Below are positions 10,926 through 19,435 of a DNA stretch of 64,000 bases, in pieces. The notes below the pieces were generated by a model. That model was given only the letters and a program-made list of their open reading frames with translations, searched no databases and was not told where the DNA came from. The DNA is taken from contig OZ242351.1 in the NCBI GenBank assembly GCA_965208675.1, forward strand, positions 928,001-992,000, in the 5' to 3' direction. This stretch comes from Candidatus Poribacteria bacterium. GTDB taxonomy: Bacteria; Poribacteria; WGA-4E; PCPOR2b. A program made the translations under genes and the position numbers. How positions within the stretch are numbered: the stretch's first letter is position 1; each line of letters opens with the position of its first letter.

Positions 10926-12124
10926 TACGTGTCCTCCGCAAACGGATACGGCGGCAGTGATTGCGTTAAACGCTTGTCAGTTCGGTATCCGAGCGCATAT
11001 TCTGCCTGCATCAACTGGTGAATTTCCTGCGTGCCCTCGTAGATTAACGCCCCGCGGGAGTTGCGTAAGTAGCGTTCGACGGGGTACTCGTCGCTATAGC
11101 CGTTGGCGCCATGGACTTGCACAGCGTCATCGGCTGCTCTAAAGGCGCTCTGGCAATTCAGCCACTTTGCGAGACTCGCCTCGCGTGTACAGCGCGCCCC
11201 TCGATTCATCATCCAGCCAATCTGATAGTAAAGCAGCCGCCCGGTGTCGCGCCCGGCGACCATGTGGGCAATTTTTTGCTGAACGAGTTGGTGTTTCCCA
11301 ATCGGACGCCCGAACGTCTCGCGCGCCTTGACGTACGATGCACTCGCCTCAAGGCACGCCTCTATCAAACCGACCGCCCCAGCGGCAACTGTGTAGCGCC
11401 CGCTGTCCAATGCACTCATGGCGATTTTGAATCCTTCTCCCTCTTCACCGACACGATTCGCTGCCGCTACACGCACCTCTCGCAGTGCAATCCCTCCGGT
11501 TGCGCCGATACGTCCGCCCAGTTTGTGTTTGATGCTAGAGGCGCTGACACCCTCGAAGCTGCGTTCCACGATAAATGCCGAAATGCCGCGGTACTTGGCG
11601 TTAGGATCGGTGTAGGCGAAAACCAGATACTGGTCGGCGATGTCAGCGAAACCGATCCATGTCTTTTCGCCGTCGAGAATATAACTGCCGCCCTCCCGCC
11701 GGGCGGTGGTGCGAATACTCGAGACATCGCTTCCCGCATGCGGTTCAGTCAGCGCAAACGCCCCCAACTTCTCGCCGCGCGCCTGCGGCGCAAGATACTT
11801 GCCTTTTTGCGCGCCGCTTCCCCACCGAAACAACGTCAACGAGTTGAGGCCTAGATGCACGGACACCAACACACGAAACGCGCTGTCCGCACGCTCCAAC
11901 TCTTCACAGACGATGCCGAGGCTCAGATAGTCGCGCCCCAATCCGCCGTGGCATCGTGGAATGCAAACGCCGAACAGTCCCTCTGCCGCCATCTTCGGTA
12001 AAATTTCCCGCGGAAAGTTCTGTGCGCGGTCCCATTCTCGGACATACGGCAAAATCTCGCGCGCACAGAACTCGCGCGTCCTCCTGCGGATGGCATCGTG
12101 CTCCGATGTCAATGTGAAGTCCAA
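10925..12124 (-). CDS. Acyl-CoA dehydrogenase
   Basis: [34 protein letters not shown]. Confidence 0.93.
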   Translation of the reverse strand: MDFTLTSEHDAIRRRTREFCAREILPYVREWDRAQNFPREILPKMAAEGLFGVCIPRCHGGLGRDYLSLGIVCEELERADSAFRVLVSVHLGLNSLTLFRWGSGAQKGKYLAPQARGEKLGAFALTEPHAGSDVSSIRTTARREGGSYILDGEKTWIGFADIADQYLVFAYTDPNAKYRGISAFIVERSFEGVSASSIKHKLGGRIGATGGIALREVRVAAANRVGEEGEGFKIAMSALDSGRYTVAAGAVGLIEACLEASASYVKARETFGRPIGKHQLVQQKIAHMVAGRDTGRLLYYQIGWMMNRGARCTREASLAKWLNCQSAFRAADDAVQVHGANGYSDEYPVERYLRNSRGALIYEGTQEIHQLMQAEYALGYRTDKRLTQSLPPYPFAEDT

Positions 12125-12220
12125 AATTTAAATCTCCATGCGTGGGAAGGGGTTGACGGTATTGATTACAGTATATCAAATTCGAATTTTCTGATAAACA
12201 GAAAAAACCGACAATCACTC

Positions 12221-12248
12221 TTGACAAAATCTGCAATTTTCGTATAAT
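12221..12248 (+). promoter_or_regulatory. Sigma70-type promoter
   Basis: Perfect TTGACA-N16-TATAAT upstream of the epimerase gene. Confidence 0.75.
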
Positions 12249-12257
12249 GGCATAAAA

Positions 12258-12324
12258 AGTAGCAGGCACACTACATATGCTGTAGCCTCTTAAAGTAGTA
12301 GGCACACTCCGTGTGCCTACTACT
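12258..12324. repeat. Two GTAG-type REP-like palindromes
   Basis: Degenerate unit, then perfect AGTAGTAGGCACAC-TCC-GTGTGCCTACTACT (12294-12324); same family as 9628-9725. Confidence 0.85.
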
Positions 12325-12366
12325 AAAAAAGCATCTTCCTGCACACAGAGAAAAGGGAACAAATCA

Positions 12367-13266
12367 ATGCGAGTTTTTGTTACGGGCGGCACCGGTTATA
12401 TCGGCAGCGCTGTTGTATCGGAACTTGTCAAGGGGTCTCACCACGTAACCGGACTCGCCAGATCGGCTGAAAAGCAGACCGAACTGGTGAATCTCGGAGC
12501 GGCACCAGTTCGAGGCGACCTGAGAGACGTTTCCGGCTTCAAAGACCTCGCGGCAGAGCACGACGCCATCATCCATATCGGCTTTGAACGCAGCCCGGAA
12601 GGCTACGCCGCCGACCGCGCAGTCATGGAAGCGCTCCTCGCCGCTGCAAGCGCCGTGTCCGGCGCCCGCCATGTAATCTATACCTCCGGATTGTGGGTAC
12701 TTGGCACCGTAAGCGAAGACCCCGTAGATGAAGACGCCTCGACCGACCAGCCGGTTCCACTCGTCGCCTGGCGCCCGCCGCACGAAAGGCTGGTGTTGGA
12801 TGCCGATTCGGAATCAATGACTACATCAGTTATCCGCCCGGGGATGGTATATGGCGGAGACGGCGGAATCTTGGAGTCGTACTTCATATCGGCGGATAAG
12901 GGCGAACCGGTTGTGCATGTCGGCGATGGGGTTAACCGTTTCTGCTTTGTGCACCGCGAAGACCTGGCTGAGCTATACCGGCTCGTCGTCGAGAAACGGG
13001 CAGCCGGAATCTTCCACGGTATTGATAATGCATTTGTCACCATTGCCGATGCGGCGCGCGCCGTCAGCCAAGCCGCAGGCAAGGGCAGCCCGGTCCATAG
13101 CCGTCCAGTCGAAGACGCACGGGATGAGATGGGATTGTTCGCCGATGCGCTCTGCACCGATCAGGCGGTGGTTGCCCGCCGCTCCCGCGAACTCGGTTGG
13201 CAGCCGAAACATCCTCCATTTCCCGAAAGCGCCCGCGCAGCCTATCAGGAGTGGAAAGAAAGTTAA
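12367..13266 (+). CDS. NAD-dependent epimerase/dehydratase (atypical SDR)
   Basis: MRVFVTGGTGYIGS, IYTSG, IRPGMVYG, FVHREDLA; start at ATG 12367 (the ORF-track extension runs through the REP). Confidence 0.9.
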   Translation: MRVFVTGGTGYIGSAVVSELVKGSHHVTGLARSAEKQTELVNLGAAPVRGDLRDVSGFKDLAAEHDAIIHIGFERSPEGYAADRAVMEALLAAASAVSGARHVIYTSGLWVLGTVSEDPVDEDASTDQPVPLVAWRPPHERLVLDADSESMTTSVIRPGMVYGGDGGILESYFISADKGEPVVHVGDGVNRFCFVHREDLAELYRLVVEKRAAGIFHGIDNAFVTIADAARAVSQAAGKGSPVHSRPVEDARDEMGLFADALCTDQAVVARRSRELGWQPKHPPFPESARAAYQEWKES

Positions 13267-13387
13267 ACTATTTGGGAGTTACGCGCTTCAATAGTGAACA
13301 ACGATCGATGTTCACTACGAAATGGAGAAAATACTGGGGTCTTTACCCTTGAAATTTTCGCGCCTTGTGACGATGAACCGCCTGTAA

Positions 13388-13489
13388 AGTAGTAGGCACA
13401 CTCCGTGTGCCGTAAGTTACATATACTACTTAGCGGCCGGATGGCGGCATCGGGACGAGGTTTGCGGCACACCGAGTGTGCCTACTACT
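13388..13489. repeat. REP doublet (REPIN-like inverted pair)
   Basis: AGTAGTAGGCACACTCCGTGTGCCG (13388-13412) and inverted CGGCACACCGAGTGTGCCTACTACT (13465-13489). Confidence 0.85.
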
Positions 13490-13743
13490 ATGCCTTGCGC
13501 ATTCAAGTGCTTACGTCCTATCCATTTTGAATTTTTGGTATGCGCTAATCCCTTGGGCTAAGGCGTGTTGACATTTTGGTGTTGCTAATGGGTCAAACGA
13601 CCGTGTGATTTGCCAAGAACCCAAACCCGGTGAGAAGTCCGACCTATGTGGGCAGCCACCAGGGTTGCTTCAATGTAGGGGCAGGTCTCGTGCCTGCCCA
13701 AAAACTCTCGGGACGTTGATGAGATAAACAATCGTCAAAAGAA

Positions 13744-13952
13744 ACTAGGGCGTGTTGACATTTGGCATCCCGTAGGTTGAATTGAACGGTTAAACGGCAG
13801 TCCCTATCAAGTACAAAGGAATCTTTTGTAACACAATCTTTTAGATTGTGATCCGAGCCCGCAAACTAACAGTTTGCGCTACTTATATCAGATTATCCAA
13901 TGGTGACAACGTTTGCCGAATCTGTAGCCTCAAAATGTCAACAGAACCTAGT
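13744..13952. mobile_element. ~209-bp MITE-like element with 20-nt terminal inverted repeats
   Basis: ACTAGGGCGTGTTGACATTT ... AAATGTCAACAGAACCTAGT (17/20 match); an extra left-end copy at 13558-13577; no transposase ORF. Confidence 0.7.
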
Positions 13953-13983
13953 AAAACCCGAAATTACACAAAAGGAGTGATTT

Positions 13984-14877
13984 ATGAGATTTGTATCTTT
14001 CGCAGCCGACGGCGGCTCACATTATGGTATTTTAAAAGATGACCGCGTCCTCGACCTGAACGTGGCGGGCGGCGGGGACTTTCCCAACGACATGCTCGGA
14101 CTAATCGACCTTGGGGCTTCCGGAATTGAGCGTGCACAGCAACTAGCGGACGAGTCGCCGGAATCCGCGTGGCAGCCGCTCGATCCCGCCAAATTGCTCG
14201 CACCCATTCCGGTACCCCGCCGCAACGTGTTCTGCTTGGGCATGAACTACGCCGCCCACGCAGCCGAAGGCGCTTTAGCGAGGGGTGTAGAGCCATCCCT
14301 TCCCGCAGTACCGGTATTCTTTACCAAAACCACGACTGCGGTCACGGGACCATATTCGGATGTCCCGTTCGACGCCGCCGTGTCCGATCAGATTGATTGG
14401 GAAGTCGAAATGGCGGTCATCATCGGCGGGCGCGGAAAGAACATCTCGCCCGAATCGGCGATGGACTACGTGTTCGGGTACACCGTCGTCAACGACCTGT
14501 CGGCTCGAGATTTACAATTCAGCCATAACCAGTTTTTTAAGGGCAAGAGTCTGGATGGCGGGTGCCCGATGGGACCTTGTATCGTCACCGCAGACGAAAT
14601 TTCAAATCCCCATGCACTGAACGTGCGCTGTACCGTCAACGGCGTCCTCAAACAGGACTCTAATACATCCGATCTCATCTTCGACATCCCAGCGACCATC
14701 GACTGGCTCTCGCGCGGGTTGACGATTCAACCGGGCGATGTTATTTCGACCGGCACCCCCAGCGGCGTCGGGTTCGCGCGCACACCACCGGAATTCCTCT
14801 TCCCCGGCGATGTCGTCGAGTGCGAAGTCGAAGAAATCGGAACTATCCGCAATCGGATGGTTGATGTTGGTGGTTGA
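13984..14877 (+). CDS. Fumarylacetoacetate hydrolase family protein
   Basis: CLGMNYAAH, DWEVE, NDLSARDLQ, KGKS, GDVISTGTPSGVG; AAGGAG RBS. Confidence 0.93.
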   Translation: MRFVSFAADGGSHYGILKDDRVLDLNVAGGGDFPNDMLGLIDLGASGIERAQQLADESPESAWQPLDPAKLLAPIPVPRRNVFCLGMNYAAHAAEGALARGVEPSLPAVPVFFTKTTTAVTGPYSDVPFDAAVSDQIDWEVEMAVIIGGRGKNISPESAMDYVFGYTVVNDLSARDLQFSHNQFFKGKSLDGGCPMGPCIVTADEISNPHALNVRCTVNGVLKQDSNTSDLIFDIPATIDWLSRGLTIQPGDVISTGTPSGVGFARTPPEFLFPGDVVECEVEEIGTIRNRMVDVGG

Positions 14878-15009
14878 TTCTTGTAAATTACGATTGGAAT
14901 CAAAATCTGGTGTCCGCAACTCACTCGCAAACCAATTTAGACAAGGTGTTTTGGAATTCCTGATTGATTACCAGACAGCAATCCATTACTACTGATTGTT
15001 ACGGAAGAC

Positions 15010-18000
15010 ATGATGAAACTAACCCTCGTTACTATGTCCTTGATGATATTTCTGCACTGCAGAACTCCAGTAGCAGAAATACTGACCCCTCCGCAAATTG
15101 CCGAAAAAGCGAAAGCAGCTACAGTGCTACTAGGCATGATAGACGCGGATGGTAAATGGCTTGGATCTGGAAGCGGTTTCTTCGTGCGACCGAATCTAAT
15201 TGCAACCAATTATCACGTGATAGAAGATGCCGCTAAGGTAGGGGCAAAGCTTGTAGATCAGAAAAAGGTTTACCCGATAGATCGCATCCGCGGACTCGAT
15301 GAAAAAAACGATTTGGCAATTTTGCAAGTGTCGGCTCCTGGAGTCCAGCCACTCCCTCTAGCCGATAGCGAGACCGTTGCCATAGGTGACTCGGTCTTCG
15401 TCATGAGCAATCCGCTAGGTGATTCACGATTGGAAGGTACCTTTTCGCCGGGACACATTAATCAGATTCGCACGAAGAGCGATTTTGGCATTGGCAAGCG
15501 TTTTCAACATGATGCCCAGACTGACAGTGGCAGCAGTGGCGGCCCTTTACTCAACAATAAAGGTGAAGTAATCGGCGTTCACGTGGGACATTATCGCAGT
15601 CCCAACGCCACAGGTTCCACTAGCGAGAAATACAATGTAGCTATCCCGTCAAATTACCTCAATAATCTCATTGTTCGACATTTGGGTCCAGCGAAACCAG
15701 CTAGGCCGAAAGTTACTCCCAAAAGACCTCAACCGTCAAAACCTGTTCAACCAAAAATGACCACACCAAAACCCACCCCTCAAGAGATTGCCAAAAAAGC
15801 ATTGGCCGCTACAGTGCACATAGGCATAGTGGATGCAAACGGTCACGCTTCAACCGGAAGCGGATTTTTTGTACGACCGAACTACATCGCGACCAATTTG
15901 CACGTGATTGATGGCGCCGAGGGCGGAGTGGCAAAACGCGTTGGTCAGAAAAAAATGTTCGCCATTAAGGGTTTTACCGCAAAAGACAAAGCGCATGACT
16001 TGGCAATTTTGCAGGTGTCCGCCCATGGTGTCCAGCCGCTTCCTCTGGGCGACAGTGACGATGTCGAGATAGGTGATACGGTTTATTCCGCAGGCAATCC
16101 GGGAGGGTTGGAAGGTACGTTTTCAGATGGTTTAATTAGTGCAATCCGGCCAGAGGGTAACGAACTGATACACGGTAAGTTGCTTCAGATGACAGCTCCA
16201 ATTTCGGCAGGGAGTAGTGGCGGACCTGTCTTAAACGACAGTGGCGAAGTAATCGGAATATCTGTCGGATTCAGAGAGGGAGGACAGAATCTCAATTACG
16301 CTATTCCTGTGAATTATCTCAAGGCTATGATAAACGGCCAATTGCGGTCAGCGAAACCGTCCACACCAAAAGTCACTCCCAAAATACGTAATGCGCCAAA
16401 ATCTGTTAGACCGAAACCGCCCTCGTCAAGAGACACCCCGCCGAAACCCATACCGCCAAAACCTGCCCCACAGAAACCTAAACCACCAGAACCTGTTCAA
16501 CCAAAACCGGCCGCCCCCAAAGACACTCCACAGAATCCTGAACCGCCAAAACCAGTGCAACCAAAACCGGTTACGCCAAGAGTCACACCGAAACCCACTC
16601 CCTCAATACCAAATCCTTCTCGCCCGCTTTCACCAATGGAGCTACTTCAAAAAGGCATAAAACAATATGAAGAGACAAAATTCACCGATGCGATAAAGTC
16701 CTTACAGTTGTCCTTAAGTGGGCTTGGGAACCCAGAACAGAGAGCTAAAGCTCATCTTTACCTAGGGTGTTCGATATGGGGTTTAGGAGAAGATGCCAAT
16801 CAGGTGCACCGAGAATTTCAGGAGGCGCTTCGCCACTATCCAAATCAAACCTTGCCGCCAAGGATTGGGGATGACCACCCCGTCTTTCAGCCGTTACTAA
16901 AAAAGGTGCGTTCGAAATCTGTTGGCGAGCTGACAATTTCCTGTTCATTACCCCAGTCGGAAATTTGGATTCACGGAAGCCTAATTGAAAGGAAAATGAT
17001 AGGTACTGGAACAACCAACATTCGCCTATTCATGGGTGACTACATTGTAGAGGGCATTTACGAAGACGTAACCCGAAAACAGACCGTTATCATCGAACCT
17101 AATGAACATGAAGTAATCGTCCTCGAACTGCCAGCTATAATCAAGCATGACACGCCCGGAAAAGTATCCATCGGCGAAACAATTGCACTGACATTGGATT
17201 TAATCTCCGCGGCGAGACCTACACTGGTTGAAGTTCGCTACAAAACCTACAGCAGAAAAGGGGACGAATTAGAACATGGGGTCAAAGAAATGCGTTTGTG
17301 GAAGGAGCACGCTGCCTCGTCGACATGGACTTATCGGGTGGAATTGTCGCTAAATAAGAACTTCGGAAAGGTTCACTATTTTATCGAGGCCGATGCGGCA
17401 AGGTCTCCAAAAACTGGTCATCATAGCGTCATAATTGAAGAGGACGAGCAAGATCGGAAGGAATTCGAAGGTGAACTCAAGGAAGTTGAAGACAGTTGGA
17501 AGCGGATTCATGACACAAATTCAGCGGCGCAACTTAAGATAAATGGTTTGTTGGAAACTACGGACTCAGTAATTAAATCTGCCGAAAGTACCGTAAACAT
17601 CCACAAATTTAACCAGCACCAGAACACGGCATCTGAGCAAATAAATGCATCGAGTGAATCGGTGGACGCGTTAGTGACGAGTGCGCCAATCGATGAACAG
17701 GAACTCGACAACCTGCTAAATTCCCTATCCCAACGGGAATTTGATGCCAAGGCCAACAGACGGCTATCGGACTCCTTTATTGAAACAACGACGACTTCAT
17801 TGAGAGACAAAATAAAGGGTACAAAAGACTCACTGAATGTGTTGGGTAACATGCAAATACGCTTGGATAATCAGGAAAGCCACTTGGCAAAAGTAGTTAA
17901 AGAGTTTAAACCGTTGCATCAGGGATTTTGGGCGGGTTTATGGTCAAATATGGTTTCGAAAGATGAACCTTCCACTTCTAATCCGGGCGGCGGTGATATG

Positions 18001-18489
18001 TTCAGCCTCATCTACCTGCGAGAGGGAAAAACCCATCGGGCGCGAGGGGTACGACTGGACTATTCCTACCAGAATCCCGTTAATACAAGCGTGACAGGTC
18101 TGTGGGAGCCGGATTTAGATTTAAGTAAATTAAGAGAAAATGCTATGGCGCTTACGCTCCTCGGCGGAATAGCAAGATACGGTATCAACTCCACGCAATC
18201 TGAAACGAATCAATTCACAACTGAAAAGGCAACACATACTACGCCCATAATCGGTGCGGGACTGCAGCTCTATCCAGAGCATAGAGTAACAGTGGATCTA
18301 AATGGTACAATCAAACTTCAGTCAGCAAATGACGGCGATCGTTTTATCAACAAACATCTTTACCACTACGAAGTAGGAGTTCGTCTTTACATTGCCCCGG
18401 CACTAAATTTAAGAGTAGGATATGGTCAATGGCACTTAGGTAATCGCGATGTTACCGGTCTGCAGATTGGGCTGGGCGCTCTTTTTTGA
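15010..18489 (+). CDS. Secreted tandem trypsin-like (S1) serine protease with Pro-rich linker, TPR-like/PEGA-like/Ig-like region, coiled coil and C-terminal outer-membrane beta-barrel-like domain
   Basis: Signal peptide; two intact triads (TNYH/DLAIL/GSSGGP and TNLH/DLAIL/GSSGGP); PKP repeats; last ~190 aa are amphipathic beta-strands ending LQIGLGALF. Confidence 0.8.
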   Translation: MMKLTLVTMSLMIFLHCRTPVAEILTPPQIAEKAKAATVLLGMIDADGKWLGSGSGFFVRPNLIATNYHVIEDAAKVGAKLVDQKKVYPIDRIRGLDEKNDLAILQVSAPGVQPLPLADSETVAIGDSVFVMSNPLGDSRLEGTFSPGHINQIRTKSDFGIGKRFQHDAQTDSGSSGGPLLNNKGEVIGVHVGHYRSPNATGSTSEKYNVAIPSNYLNNLIVRHLGPAKPARPKVTPKRPQPSKPVQPKMTTPKPTPQEIAKKALAATVHIGIVDANGHASTGSGFFVRPNYIATNLHVIDGAEGGVAKRVGQKKMFAIKGFTAKDKAHDLAILQVSAHGVQPLPLGDSDDVEIGDTVYSAGNPGGLEGTFSDGLISAIRPEGNELIHGKLLQMTAPISAGSSGGPVLNDSGEVIGISVGFREGGQNLNYAIPVNYLKAMINGQLRSAKPSTPKVTPKIRNAPKSVRPKPPSSRDTPPKPIPPKPAPQKPKPPEPVQPKPAAPKDTPQNPEPPKPVQPKPVTPRVTPKPTPSIPNPSRPLSPMELLQKGIKQYEETKFTDAIKSLQLSLSGLGNPEQRAKAHLYLGCSIWGLGEDANQVHREFQEALRHYPNQTLPPRIGDDHPVFQPLLKKVRSKSVGELTISCSLPQSEIWIHGSLIERKMIGTGTTNIRLFMGDYIVEGIYEDVTRKQTVIIEPNEHEVIVLELPAIIKHDTPGKVSIGETIALTLDLISAARPTLVEVRYKTYSRKGDELEHGVKEMRLWKEHAASSTWTYRVELSLNKNFGKVHYFIEADAARSPKTGHHSVIIEEDEQDRKEFEGELKEVEDSWKRIHDTNSAAQLKINGLLETTDSVIKSAESTVNIHKFNQHQNTASEQINASSESVDALVTSAPIDEQELDNLLNSLSQREFDAKANRRLSDSFIETTTTSLRDKIKGTKDSLNVLGNMQIRLDNQESHLAKVVKEFKPLHQGFWAGLWSNMVSKDEPSTSNPGGGDMFSLIYLREGKTHRARGVRLDYSYQNPVNTSVTGLWEPDLDLSKLRENAMALTLLGGIARYGINSTQSETNQFTTEKATHTTPIIGAGLQLYPEHRVTVDLNGTIKLQSANDGDRFINKHLYHYEVGVRLYIAPALNLRVGYGQWHLGNRDVTGLQIGLGALF

Positions 18490-18941
18490 ACAACGTGCAA
18501 TTGAAACACCCGACTTTAAACTTGATTAGGACGACAATAGTCACCGCATCGGGTGGTTGAACGGTTAAATCGTATATCTATCAAGGTTAGCCTGAATGCT
18601 GTTCGCTACCGTCACTATTGCATAGTAAACGTATATCGTACCGAACTCCAAACCTAGCCAATGACAATTAATTATTGCGATTCAAGATATAGAAAACTTC
18701 AAGTAACATCGCACTTTGTATTTGTATCATAATGCTCGAAACTTTTATGTGCGATTATTAAACCAATTTAAAATCAAATTTGCGCCTAATCGGTTTAGCG
18801 GCTAATCCTCGTGCATTGTAGTCACCAACTGCTGTCGTTCATGAACGTCCATTTTCTCGCATATTCCCGATGAAAGCCACAACGTGAACACTACCTATAT
18901 CAACATAAAACCAACTCTAATTTAGCAAGGGAGACTACGAT

Positions 18942-19388
18942 TTGACTAAGCGTGATTGGGCACTTCTTGCTGTTGGGATTATCGTTATTGTCGTCATTAT
19001 TATTTCTATAGTTGCTGTTAAATCTTGTGGACAAACCCGTGGCGGGACTCCGCCACCCAAAACCGACCCAATTCCGATTACGCCTGAACCCACTCCTGTG
19101 GAACCACCTGCGACTTTGCACGTATCAGTTTCAATCAACGCTGTCCCGTGGGCAGAGGTTTTCATAAAAACCCCTGGAACAAACGAATTCGTAAAACCGG
19201 AATCGAAATTCTTCAAAATCAGACCTGAACCCAATGGAACGGATTCCAACATCACGCCAATACGGGGTGAATTAAGTGTACCTGCCGGCACGGAAATCAA
19301 GTTGATTTATGAAGGTAAAGCGGAAACCTTCCCTTACGAGTCTTGGAAGGAAACGAAGTCTATATCGCATGATTTTCTGGAGCGATGA
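18942..19388 (+). CDS. Single-pass membrane protein with Pro-rich linker and PEGA-like C-terminal domain
   Basis: TTG start after GGGAG; N-terminal TM helix; TPPPKTDPIPITPEPTP; VSINAVPWAEVFI beta motif. Confidence 0.65.
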   Translation: MTKRDWALLAVGIIVIVVIIISIVAVKSCGQTRGGTPPPKTDPIPITPEPTPVEPPATLHVSVSINAVPWAEVFIKTPGTNEFVKPESKFFKIRPEPNGTDSNITPIRGELSVPAGTEIKLIYEGKAETFPYESWKETKSISHDFLER

Positions 19389-19435
19389 CGTATTGCTCCA
19401 AGGACGCCGTTAGTAAATTTCTTGTGATTCCCAAG

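Noticed and set aside
11111-11854. Long antisense or alternate-frame ORFs (also 38122-38727, 37914-38606, 43889-44488, 29649-30167 and many shorter ones)
   Set aside because: They overlap well-supported genes and show no recognisable motifs; expected shadow ORFs.
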